Part shown: in pieces, positions 47,889 to 57,296 of the stretch
How the letters are laid out: each line of letters starts with the position of its first letter
How positions within the stretch are numbered: the first letter of the stretch is position 1
Source: a virus
Taxonomy: Duplodnaviria > Heunggongvirae > Uroviricota > Caudoviricetes
IMG/VR virus record: IMGVR_UViG_3300023707_000001
Reading direction: 5' to 3' (one strand)
DNA: 64,000 bases
Program-made: the position numbers and the translations under genes
Notes under the pieces: model-generated
Database searches by the model: none
The model's input: the letters and a program-made list of their open reading frames with translations, nothing else
Told to the model about the DNA's origin: nothing

Positions 47889-48911
47889 ATGTCCAAGCCT
47901 CAGGGTGTCCATAAAGTCAGCGAAAACATTGTTCAGCTGGGAAGAGGAGTAATCTATACAGAAGAACTGGACAATATCGATATGGAAAAAGTCCCAGATG
48001 GTTCTATTTGGGTGAATGTAGACAATGGTGGTTTGGCGGTAAAGTTGAGAGGGAGCGATTCATTCACAGAGCTCCCAATCGGCCTTGCTGACGCTGATGA
48101 TGACGAAAGTCAGAAACTGCTGGAAGAGTTTGTAAAAAAGTATGCAAACGCCGATATCCAGCACAAGCACATCGAGGAAGATGTCCTAAAAAATAAAGAG
48201 AAGATACAAGAGTTAAAATCTCTGCTTGAAAAACTGCAAGAGCAAATTCACAACATAAACATATACGCCCTATACGAAAGTTTGACTGACAGGTTTACAG
48301 AGCAGGGAAACGAAATTATAACACTGCGAAGGGAAAAACTCGATAAGAAGGACCTAAAGCTCTTTGTTACAATAGACCAGATGGAACCGATTATCCAGGA
48401 AAGGACAGCGCAGTTTGCAAGCAGAAAAGAGCTTGCTGAAATAAAAACCGACTTCAACAATGTCGTAAAGACCTTTGCAACAAAAGATGAGCTGGATAAA
48501 AAGCTGTTTGAAAAAACACAGCCACTGGCTCAAGAGAAAGACGTTCAAACGTTAGGGGAGCAGTTAAAAACGCTTATTCAGGAAGTAGAGGAAATCAAGC
48601 TTGATAACCAGGAGAAAGCAAAAGAGCTAGATGAAAAGTTTGGGGATATTGACGATAAGCTTATTGAGCTCGACGCAGCAACCGGAGATAAGGTTATCAA
48701 ATCGCTTACACTGGAAGCTGGACAAACCAAGCCATGCGAAATTGACGAAGGAAAGCAATATCGCATAATGCAAGTTTATATCAAAAAGCCGAGCGAGGAC
48801 TTGTGGTCATTCGATACAGAGCAAATTGATGTTGCAGCTGATGAGAATGGGGCAGTTAATGTTACAAACAAGTCATCGAATGAACTTGATTGTTTACTGA
48901 TACTGATGTAA
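47889..48911 (+). CDS. Coiled-coil fibre-associated protein (N-terminal domain paralogous to 41221)
   Basis: QGVHKVSENIVQLGRGVI..VPDGS..VKLRG followed by a long coiled coil. Confidence 0.55.
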   Translation: MSKPQGVHKVSENIVQLGRGVIYTEELDNIDMEKVPDGSIWVNVDNGGLAVKLRGSDSFTELPIGLADADDDESQKLLEEFVKKYANADIQHKHIEEDVLKNKEKIQELKSLLEKLQEQIHNINIYALYESLTDRFTEQGNEIITLRREKLDKKDLKLFVTIDQMEPIIQERTAQFASRKELAEIKTDFNNVVKTFATKDELDKKLFEKTQPLAQEKDVQTLGEQLKTLIQEVEEIKLDNQEKAKELDEKFGDIDDKLIELDAATGDKVIKSLTLEAGQTKPCEIDEGKQYRIMQVYIKKPSEDLWSFDTEQIDVAADENGAVNVTNKSSNELDCLLILM

Positions 48912-48914
48912 TAG

Positions 48915-50000
48915 GTGATAACAATGAAATCAAAAGCTACAGCACTTCATGTTGCAGAATTGAATGAGAGAGTCTTGGATAACGCAAGAAATGTAAGACG
49001 CTGTCTCGAAATGGTTGAAGAAATAGCCATACAGATTAACGAAGCGATTGAAAGCTACCGTAATTTTAAGCGGGATAAGAAAGTTTGCATGGATGCCGTT
49101 AATCTGGAGGTAACAAACCGAGAACTCCAGTACGGAGTAATTGAAAAGCAGATGGCCGGTATCCAAAAAGCTGCCCGTGAGATGGAGGACATGCGGGAGA
49201 GCTTTGAAGAAACCAGAGCAACTGTGGTGGAGAATTCGTCAACCATCACAGATATTACGAAAAACATTGAACAGCTAAAAAACGACGTCACAAAAGAATT
49301 TGCAAAGAAGATAAGCACATCTGGCGGCACGATATATGGTGACCTGACCGTAACCGGCATGGTTAATGGCCGTGCTGAGAAAGCAAAGGAAGCGGAAAGT
49401 GTCGAGTGGGATGCTGTGCAAAACAGGCCGGAATATTATCCGCCCGCACAACATAACCATGATGACCTTTATCCTGCAATCAATGGTGAGCGGGCCGAAG
49501 GTAAATGGAATATCGATATTTCTGGTAAGGCAGATAAGGCTGGCGATGCAGACCGAGCCGATAATGCCGACCATGCAGCAGTTGCAGATAAGATTGATTG
49601 GGCAGGTATTGAGAACAAACCAGAAAATTACCCGCCGGCAGAGCATAACCACGATGCCTTGTATCCATCCATAAAAGGTGAACGTGCAGAAGGTGTCTGG
49701 AATATTGATATCGACGGTGAGGCAAAAAGGGCCAAATCCGACAGCGAAGGCAATATTATCACTGCAACCTATGTGAAAAAAACTGACATGGGGGAACTGC
49801 AGAAAGAAATCGGCAAAATTTCGACGGAGATAAAAGAATCCTTAAAGGGGACATCTGTTGAAAACGAAACGCCGGATGAAAAAATCACGCTGCGCTGTGA
49901 AGTTGAAAATGGCATGCTCACGGTTGTTCCTTATGTGAATGGGGAGCGGGCCTACATTACTTCCAGTGTTATTGCCTGTGAAGACACCAGTGAAGAATAA
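48915..50000 (+). CDS. Tail fibre protein with duplicated HNH(D)-containing repeat
   Basis: GGTIYGDLTVTG; two W..(V/I).N.PE.YPPA.HNHD.LYP.I.GERAEG.WNIDI.G.A units 64 aa apart; DSEGNIITATY motif. Confidence 0.7.
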   Translation: MITMKSKATALHVAELNERVLDNARNVRRCLEMVEEIAIQINEAIESYRNFKRDKKVCMDAVNLEVTNRELQYGVIEKQMAGIQKAAREMEDMRESFEETRATVVENSSTITDITKNIEQLKNDVTKEFAKKISTSGGTIYGDLTVTGMVNGRAEKAKEAESVEWDAVQNRPEYYPPAQHNHDDLYPAINGERAEGKWNIDISGKADKAGDADRADNADHAAVADKIDWAGIENKPENYPPAEHNHDALYPSIKGERAEGVWNIDIDGEAKRAKSDSEGNIITATYVKKTDMGELQKEIGKISTEIKESLKGTSVENETPDEKITLRCEVENGMLTVVPYVNGERAYITSSVIACEDTSEE

Positions 50001-50013
50001 TAAAGAAAAACAT

Positions 50014-50041
50014 AACGCGGTCTTGTTTAGACCGCCGTTTG
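50014..50041 (+). terminator. Possible weak terminator hairpin
   Basis: GCGGTCT-tgttt-AGACCGC with AACG/CGTT extension; poor U tract. Confidence 0.4.
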
Positions 50042-50080
50042 TGTGCGTAATATTCCGACAAGAAAGATAAAATAAGAAAG

Positions 50081-53000
50081 TTGGTGTACCTTTTGAGTTT
50101 GCCATACAGTCGCAAATTTAATAGCGGCAGACAATCAGAGCAGCTTCTCAATGAGGAACTGCATAAAATATATGAATCGGTAAAACACCTGACGGATACG
50201 CCGCCCAAGATGGAGGTTCCACAGGCAAAGCTGCATCGTGCAATATGGCATGATATGGAAACCAACCAGCTCAAATGGTGGGATCAGGGGTCGAGTAAGT
50301 GGCGCAAGTATTTTGAGCGAGAGTTCAAACTTACGGAAAACATTATGTCGACGCTGCCGCCAGAGGACCCTGTCAGAGGCGAACTTTGGATATACAATGG
50401 CGTACTGTGTTATTACGATGGCATTAACTGGGCGCCCATAAAAGCCCTCTTGCAGGACGGCTCGCAGTTTAGCTTGGACGTGTTTAGAAACTTTCTTTTG
50501 GTTAGTCCTCTTTGGAGAATTGGTAACACAATCGTCGAGGATGACGAAATTGAAAGCTACAAAACAGAGTTAAGAAAATATCTGCAGGGCGTGCTGGACG
50601 GAGAAACGGATTCTATGATAACCGGCGATGGAGAGAAATACTCCATTGACCAGCACCAGTGTATAGAAAATCCTCCGCAAGTACCGGCAATCCCGTTCAA
50701 TAAAAAGGCGCAGCTCCTTGTGCCGAATATCGACAACGCAAGGATATTCCTGGACCACGAACTGGATACGGAAAAATTCGAAGAAGTATCCAAGGTGTGC
50801 ATCCAGTACGATAAGAGAGACCTTATCAATTCGACTCCTTCGCTTGTTCATATAAACCCTGGCCGAATGACCAGGATTGTAAAGCGCATTATCAAGATTG
50901 ACCGAGATAACCCGCGCATCCAAATTCCTGCAGCGGATACGGAGTTTTACGGCTTCCATGAAAGTCAGTATTTTGGCGACCTGCTTCTTCCTGACCAGGA
51001 GAAAAAGGAAGATGACGGAACGGTATCGGTAGAACCGAAGGATTACACCATCGTCGAAGATGGTATCCTTTTGTCTTACAATGCTTCTCAGAACTACGAC
51101 TATGTTCTTGCAATCACCTATGAATTTTCATGGATGAAAAGCACAGGCCGCATGGATAAGTCCTGTTCCAAAGATGCCACAAATGCTTATTTCGTAGATA
51201 AGTACAACGGGCCGTTCAATGTCTTTGTGGAAGGCTATAACTACGAAGACCCATACTATGAAACCGACAGCATGTCGCAGACCATAAAGACGAAGGAAGA
51301 TACCAGAGAACTTGAAGTATCCCTCCTGCACGTACCAAAACGTGAGTATGGTTACATGCGCACAATAAACGTTGCCGGCGAAGGAATAATCCGCCCGCTG
51401 CGTGATTATAAAAACCCGTTAGTCTTTGTAAATGGTGAAGCCCTGTCGGAACAGAACGGGGACATCATTATCGAAAGTGACGGCCTCATCCGCGTAAGAG
51501 ACGCAAAAGACGATATGGCATGGTGTATCGTTGACCTTTTCGAGGAAGCGAATGAGAAAAACGAATTCAAGGACTACACTCCTACAGTTGTTACGGGCAA
51601 GGTTGGCAATGACAATCTGATTAGCTATGACGCCAGTGTTGTTCCCGACCAGAAAACCTGTGTGCTGTTTATCGATGGCCTTTTGGTTAAGAAGGAAGCC
51701 ATTGAATACGACCGTGCAAATTGCAAAATCGATGTAGAGGGCGGCCTTACTGCAGGGCAGGAATACATCCTTGTCGAGGATAAATATGGATGGCTTTACA
51801 ATGAAGAAGCATTGCAGCCGGCCCTGTCTGTTGGTAAATTCTCCGACTCACTCGTTTATTTTAACAACCATTTGATTTGCAACAACGTTGCGATTGATAC
51901 TTCGGACGAACCTTATACCGCAGAGGTTTATCCAGACGGAACGAAAGTTTACAAACCGTATCCGGGTGTGTTTAACGAAATCAAAAACTTCAAGTCGATT
52001 TATGATGACGTTATTGAGATGGACACCATGGATGACCTGGATGCTTTGATTAAAGCAAATACGGGCAGACATGAACTGGATATCGAACGCGAGGTTGAAA
52101 AACAGGTTCGCGAAGAGTTGGCAGACAAAGGAATGTCTGACGGGCAAATTACATCCGAAGTTGAAAAAGCTAAAAGACGGCGGGTGTTCCACAGTGGAGT
52201 TCTTTACTATATAAAGGATACCAAAGATGGATATGTTGGCGAAAAGAACAACTTTGATGAGAAGTACCCGTGCAAAATCCAGAAGGTGTTCTCAAATGAC
52301 GATACCGATGCCATTCGGGAAATCCAGCGCGATAGTATAGGAAACATTGTTCAAATAGCAAACAGCCGTTATCGCATTTTCGACATCAAAGCAGATAAAT
52401 GGGTTCCTATGGCCATGGAGGATATTCCAAAGGTAAAAGCCTTTGCATATTCTTACGAGAACATGCCGCGTTCCATTCGACTGCTTCTGCCGTACAGCAA
52501 CAAGGATGTCATTCAGACATATGCATTTAATCTTGCTAACGCTATCGAGCATCCGTTAATCATTAAGTCGGTTGATGTTCGGGACGAAGATAAGATATAT
52601 GTAAATGGCCAGTATGTCTTTGGCGCCAATAGCCTCAGAGTGTGGTGCAACGGGATAAGACAGTATCCGAACACTGCGCCGACAGGTGACCCACCAAACG
52701 GCATTATTGAATCGCTTGATGGCAAATCATTTAAGCTCCCGGAAAAGTTCACCGGAATGGTAACGTATGTTATCGAGCTTCCGGAGAAAAATCAGGCTCA
52801 GTCCTGCAGTATGGAAATTCTTGACCGGAACAACGTACTTCCTGACCACATCAATATGTATAAAACCAAAATGCCGTTATTCCCTGGCAGGGTAACGATT
52901 TACGTTAATGGCATAAGACTGGGGTCAGACCAGTACAGCATCATGGATAACCATACGCTCTTAATTGATAACGAAGAGCCTCTGCTTGGAAGTACAAAGA

Positions 53001-53434
53001 ATTTCCCATCTGAAACATTCGTTGCAAATAATAAGCGACATACCATTCATTGGCCTACGGACGATAAACTTCTTGTAGAAGTTCGACAGGATGACCGTGT
53101 GGAAACCACTTTTGAATGTAAAGGGCACCCAGTCTTTGAGCTGCCAATTCTGAAGTATGGCATTGACCCGACTATCCTGGAGGCAGCTGACGAAATCATG
53201 ATTTTCGTTAACGGCCTGTACTTTGGTCCGACAAAGAATGAAGGGTATTCGATTAATATATCCCGAGGGGCAGTTTCTGTAACCCAGGAAGAAATTCTCG
53301 AAATCATGAACCATGACGAAGAGGACATCTTCCTAAAAGGAAATGAAGAGTATTACGAGCACAGTTACAAGGCCGTTACAAACGGACAGCCTTATGAACA
53401 GAAAAACGCCTTATTAACACTGGAATGGAGATAA
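50081..53434 (+). CDS. Large putative virion structural protein (~1117 aa)
   Basis: Repeated (V/I)(F/Y/W)x(N/D)G modules; in the structural cluster; TTG start uncertain. Confidence 0.55.
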   Translation: MVYLLSLPYSRKFNSGRQSEQLLNEELHKIYESVKHLTDTPPKMEVPQAKLHRAIWHDMETNQLKWWDQGSSKWRKYFEREFKLTENIMSTLPPEDPVRGELWIYNGVLCYYDGINWAPIKALLQDGSQFSLDVFRNFLLVSPLWRIGNTIVEDDEIESYKTELRKYLQGVLDGETDSMITGDGEKYSIDQHQCIENPPQVPAIPFNKKAQLLVPNIDNARIFLDHELDTEKFEEVSKVCIQYDKRDLINSTPSLVHINPGRMTRIVKRIIKIDRDNPRIQIPAADTEFYGFHESQYFGDLLLPDQEKKEDDGTVSVEPKDYTIVEDGILLSYNASQNYDYVLAITYEFSWMKSTGRMDKSCSKDATNAYFVDKYNGPFNVFVEGYNYEDPYYETDSMSQTIKTKEDTRELEVSLLHVPKREYGYMRTINVAGEGIIRPLRDYKNPLVFVNGEALSEQNGDIIIESDGLIRVRDAKDDMAWCIVDLFEEANEKNEFKDYTPTVVTGKVGNDNLISYDASVVPDQKTCVLFIDGLLVKKEAIEYDRANCKIDVEGGLTAGQEYILVEDKYGWLYNEEALQPALSVGKFSDSLVYFNNHLICNNVAIDTSDEPYTAEVYPDGTKVYKPYPGVFNEIKNFKSIYDDVIEMDTMDDLDALIKANTGRHELDIEREVEKQVREELADKGMSDGQITSEVEKAKRRRVFHSGVLYYIKDTKDGYVGEKNNFDEKYPCKIQKVFSNDDTDAIREIQRDSIGNIVQIANSRYRIFDIKADKWVPMAMEDIPKVKAFAYSYENMPRSIRLLLPYSNKDVIQTYAFNLANAIEHPLIIKSVDVRDEDKIYVNGQYVFGANSLRVWCNGIRQYPNTAPTGDPPNGIIESLDGKSFKLPEKFTGMVTYVIELPEKNQAQSCSMEILDRNNVLPDHINMYKTKMPLFPGRVTIYVNGIRLGSDQYSIMDNHTLLIDNEEPLLGSTKNFPSETFVANNKRHTIHWPTDDKLLVEVRQDDRVETTFECKGHPVFELPILKYGIDPTILEAADEIMIFVNGLYFGPTKNEGYSINISRGAVSVTQEEILEIMNHDEEDIFLKGNEEYYEHSYKAVTNGQPYEQKNALLTLEWR

Positions 53435-53441
53435 CAGACGT

Positions 53442-55616
53442 ATGACAATGGTAAAACCGGGGCACACAAGCCTCAACATGCAAGATATATCAGAAGACCT
53501 GCGTGTCGTGCATCGCCATGTAACAAAGGTAGCACCAACCACAATTGACCCCGAAACGGGAAAAGTCATTGACATGCGTGAAGAAGGAAGCATCGATAAA
53601 CCGGTGCTTCCGGAATTCCGCAAAAAGATTGTCAAGGCAGATGATGTAGACCAGGTTGCAGGTGTGGATGCAGACCGCATTGCCGTAGCGGTAAGCGAGG
53701 ACGACCGTACGACAATTAATAATGCATTAAATCTTGGTGGCCGGCCGGCAGATGATTTCACTTCTGCTGAAGAAGGACAGAAGATAAAGCGCATGACAAC
53801 GGAGGTCACGAAGCATTACGGTGACGATATTGCTTCCATCCGTGATGAACTCTATCAGCTGAAACATGCTCTGGAAAAGAACGGCCTTGTTCATCTGACA
53901 AATGAACATTTTGGCTATAACGATACGTTCCGCAACGGCTATCTGCCGTATGAATATGAAGAACTTGGCCGCCCAACGATTGACTGCCCGGCAGCAAACA
54001 AGATTCGTCTGGATGAAGAAGCGGTTGCAAAGATTGACGAGGGCGACTATATTGCCATCTACTTCCGTGACGAAGAAAAGGTGGATGTCATTCAGGTTGC
54101 AGAAATTGGCCCGGACGGCCAGACGCTTACGCTGGATGAAGGTATGACGCACGGCAACCTTACAAAGGAAAACATTATTGTATACAAGAGCTTTGGTGTT
54201 TCCCGTGACGGCAACTTCTACTTCGCCCGCGATGTAGAATTCAAGGTTGGCGATGAAAATATCTGGACTGGTCTCGACGATGACACGACTACGACACTTT
54301 ACCGTCCTGTAACGGAAGAGCAGAGTTCCTATGGTTATGGCTTCCGTATCCCGGAAACAAAGCAGGGCTTCCTCACCAAGTTCCAGATTTACACCCATGC
54401 AATCGGCAATCCGACACTGACCTGTTATATCTTTGACGAACAGGATATTGGTAACTTCAAGAACCCTGTTCAGGCAGAGAACCTTTACAAGAGCGGGGAT
54501 GTAAATGCAGACGGCGAACCCAAGATGCACTTCTTTGCAAAGTCTAAGCCGGTCAGCCTTGACCCGACACTTGGAGAGCATATTGTAACATTTGACTTCT
54601 GGAATGCAGATTCGGAGTCTTACCCTCTGATTCAGAGAAAAGACACGCCGACCAATCGCGTACGTTATGTTGCGGTTATCTGCGGAACGTTTGTCGATAG
54701 TAACAACTATGCTAATATCCGCTTTATTATGAATAGCAGCGAAGAGGGCGGCGACCTGGAAACAAACAACAAGGTTTACCGTTATTCCGAGCAGCTTGAT
54801 ACAGCTGTTGCGTCGGCGCTGTCCCATGACCCGAAAGACAACAACAAGGATATGTACTATGCGGTTATTATGCGCGAAGCAATCCGCCATGAAATGGATG
54901 CGCAGACTCGTGGGTTGTACTCGGCAATTATTACAAGCCCGAAAGGCATGCCAGTATCCAGAGCAAGACTTACTATGCGTGTTAAGCGCGAAGGTGGCCT
55001 TTGGGATGCAAACATCACAGAACCTGGCGTATATGGTATCAGCGAGCGCGTAGCTTTCCCCGTTGAAGTGTTCAATAACTTCCCGACCAAGAAAGCATCG
55101 TTTAGAACGACAGATACGCTTGGTTTGCAGGATGATATTCGCCTGCCGATGGAACTTCGCACGGATGATAAAATCTTTACGAGAAAGCCGGACACGATTA
55201 TCGGCAGCAATATCGTAAAGGGTTCCCCGAACAACACCTCCATCATTCCTGCAGAGCCTATCATGGTTAAGCCGAACGACATGGTATACCGTAATGCATA
55301 TCAGGTTTCCGTAAAAGGCAAACTCTATGAGTATGATGAAGAGAAGAAGAAATTCATCGTAACGTCACAGAATAAAGTATTCTTGAAGCCGATTGCGGTA
55401 ATCCCGGACGGCTGCAAGGATAAAAAGGATGTATACTCTGACCGGATTATCTGGGAGGGCGATTTCCGCACAGAAGCAGGAAACCCGCTTTACTTCAACG
55501 AGTTGGAACTCCAGGTATTCTGGCACAAACCAGCATTCTCGGAACTGAATATGGTTGCAAACGAGCAGATGGGTATTATCCATGACCTCGTATTCTCAAC
55601 CGACCGTACCGTGTAA
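53442..55616 (+). CDS. Putative virion structural protein
   Basis: 724 aa; fibre-like NALNLGGRPADDF motif; beta-rich C-terminus. Confidence 0.5.
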   Translation: MTMVKPGHTSLNMQDISEDLRVVHRHVTKVAPTTIDPETGKVIDMREEGSIDKPVLPEFRKKIVKADDVDQVAGVDADRIAVAVSEDDRTTINNALNLGGRPADDFTSAEEGQKIKRMTTEVTKHYGDDIASIRDELYQLKHALEKNGLVHLTNEHFGYNDTFRNGYLPYEYEELGRPTIDCPAANKIRLDEEAVAKIDEGDYIAIYFRDEEKVDVIQVAEIGPDGQTLTLDEGMTHGNLTKENIIVYKSFGVSRDGNFYFARDVEFKVGDENIWTGLDDDTTTTLYRPVTEEQSSYGYGFRIPETKQGFLTKFQIYTHAIGNPTLTCYIFDEQDIGNFKNPVQAENLYKSGDVNADGEPKMHFFAKSKPVSLDPTLGEHIVTFDFWNADSESYPLIQRKDTPTNRVRYVAVICGTFVDSNNYANIRFIMNSSEEGGDLETNNKVYRYSEQLDTAVASALSHDPKDNNKDMYYAVIMREAIRHEMDAQTRGLYSAIITSPKGMPVSRARLTMRVKREGGLWDANITEPGVYGISERVAFPVEVFNNFPTKKASFRTTDTLGLQDDIRLPMELRTDDKIFTRKPDTIIGSNIVKGSPNNTSIIPAEPIMVKPNDMVYRNAYQVSVKGKLYEYDEEKKKFIVTSQNKVFLKPIAVIPDGCKDKKDVYSDRIIWEGDFRTEAGNPLYFNELELQVFWHKPAFSELNMVANEQMGIIHDLVFSTDRTV

Positions 55617-55621
55617 ACAGG

Positions 55622-55655
55622 AAGCCGCCCGAACAAATCCGGGCGGCTTTTTATT
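55622..55655 (+). terminator. Rho-independent terminator
   Basis: AAGCCGCCCG-aacaaatc-CGGGCGGCTT followed by TTTATT. Confidence 0.85.
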
Positions 55656-55663
55656 AAATCAAC

Positions 55664-55691
55664 CCAATAACGCAGAACAAATGGTAATACC
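55664..55691 (+). promoter_or_regulatory. Candidate phage-specific promoter, copy 2
   Basis: CCAATAACGC-N6-AATGGTAATACC, matching 41148-41176. Confidence 0.5.
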
Positions 55692-55722
55692 AACGATAGC
55701 AGTTAATTTTAGGGAGGGCCGT

Positions 55723-56577
55723 ATGGCGACGATAACAAACTCTGACGAACTTGTCAGCAATATAAAACACCTGACGACACCTATTAATCTCCCATCCAAT
55801 ACATTTAGTGAGAAAATGGACGCAGGTGAAGTTAATGGGTTATTCGAGGGAATCGAAATATGCCTGAATAATCTGTATGAAAAATTACGCATGCTGGAAG
55901 ACCTTCACGATTTTAGCGAAGAATATATAAAGAATGAATTCAATAAAGTAAAACCTGCGCTGGATGACGCAATCGTTAAGCTCGGTGATGCAGCCGAGGA
56001 CTATGCAAACACGACAACAAAGGCAAACCTTTTAACCTTCCGTGGAGGCACAATCGTTACAGACCGTGACGGAACCGCAATTAACTCCGCTCAGGTAATC
56101 GATGGAAAGATTATTATGGCCGGCGCAGCAAAAATATCGGAAGCGACGCCGACAAGAGCGGTTGTTGGTTCTACGGACATTGTGTATAGGCGCAGTGAAA
56201 TGCCTGCAGATAACTACAAGTCGTTTTATGTAATGGAGTCTTACCCTGTAAGGCCGGTAGAAGAATACATTGACTTTTTCTTTGCGCGGCCCACGATAAT
56301 CAACTTCATTAAGGCATCGGCATTCAATGCGGAGCTCAGCAATATCACAATATATAAATCGAATAATGAGATACTGGAAGTAAGCGGTGAAAACATGGTA
56401 TTCCCGGAATGCACGGCAATTGGTATCCACGTCGAGCTAAAAGGCGGAAAAATAGAGCCTGTCCGTATGGAAGTAACCGGGGATAAGGATACATTTAGCA
56501 GCCTTGAGAATGTGTACGAAGAAGATGCGCTCAACAGTATATTTGAAAAACATATAAAAGATAATGGCGGTGTATGA
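55723..56577 (+). CDS. Hypothetical virion protein
   Basis: ATG 55723 with AGGGAGG RBS; the track start at 55555 overlaps the previous gene and terminator. Confidence 0.6.
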   Translation: MATITNSDELVSNIKHLTTPINLPSNTFSEKMDAGEVNGLFEGIEICLNNLYEKLRMLEDLHDFSEEYIKNEFNKVKPALDDAIVKLGDAAEDYANTTTKANLLTFRGGTIVTDRDGTAINSAQVIDGKIIMAGAAKISEATPTRAVVGSTDIVYRRSEMPADNYKSFYVMESYPVRPVEEYIDFFFARPTIINFIKASAFNAELSNITIYKSNNEILEVSGENMVFPECTAIGIHVELKGGKIEPVRMEVTGDKDTFSSLENVYEEDALNSIFEKHIKDNGGV

Positions 56578-57296
56578 TGTATATTAATCTACTGACTGCC
56601 CAGCATATCCCCGATGAGGCCGTTATAAAAGAAACGGATACAGGGCTTCTGTATTTTGAGGGAAACAGCTGGAAGTACCTGACCAAAAAAGAATATAAGG
56701 TTTTGGAGGACGGGGCGTACGGTACGAAAAAAATCGGGAAGAAAACGTACGCCGACCTTCCTGAAAACGAAATCGTGCCGGCCGAAAAAGCCTCCACAAA
56801 GTCCTTTCGTTATTACACGAACTTCTTCGGATTAAACGAACTGATTGTTGGTGACCGAAAGTTTTACAATACAAACGGCCTGGTTACAGAAGACATTGCA
56901 GTTGAAAAAGGAAAACCTGTGCGCCTGAAAGCAGATATGAGGCCGCAGGATTTTACCAGTGTAGAATTTTCCATTATCGACGGAACAGAAGAAGTTCCCA
57001 TCCTTTTAAGTGGAGAGGATAAAGTAGTTGACGAAAAGGTGTTTTTTAATTGCGGTACACGTATGAATGGAGAAGATAAGATATACCGCAAAGATTTTCG
57101 GCCACTTACCAGGGAACCGGACAATGGCGACTTTTTCAGCGACAGTATCCTTACAGTCTCCTATACGCCGGATAGCAGATACCATACTTATGTGCCAAAA
57201 CATGACACGGTAAAGGTAAAAGTCGTTATCCGTGTTTATACGGAAGGCGCTATCACACCGGAAATTTCTAACCTAACACTTACGCAGGGGGGTTGA
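56574..57296 (+). CDS. Hypothetical protein
   Basis: ATGA overlap with the previous gene. Confidence 0.55.
   Translation: MMYINLLTAQHIPDEAVIKETDTGLLYFEGNSWKYLTKKEYKVLEDGAYGTKKIGKKTYADLPENEIVPAEKASTKSFRYYTNFFGLNELIVGDRKFYNTNGLVTEDIAVEKGKPVRLKADMRPQDFTSVEFSIIDGTEEVPILLSGEDKVVDEKVFFNCGTRMNGEDKIYRKDFRPLTREPDNGDFFSDSILTVSYTPDSRYHTYVPKHDTVKVKVVIRVYTEGAITPEISNLTLTQGG

Noticed and set aside
49407-49730. Diversity-generating retroelement TR/VR pair
   Set aside because: Mismatches are not adenine-specific, both copies are in frame in one gene, and no reverse transcriptase is present.
53727-54890. Long minus-strand ORFs (also 22462-23313, 57572-58366, 28106-28813, 41799-42494)
   Set aside because: They lie antisense to well-supported plus-strand genes and show no recognisable motifs; shadow ORFs.
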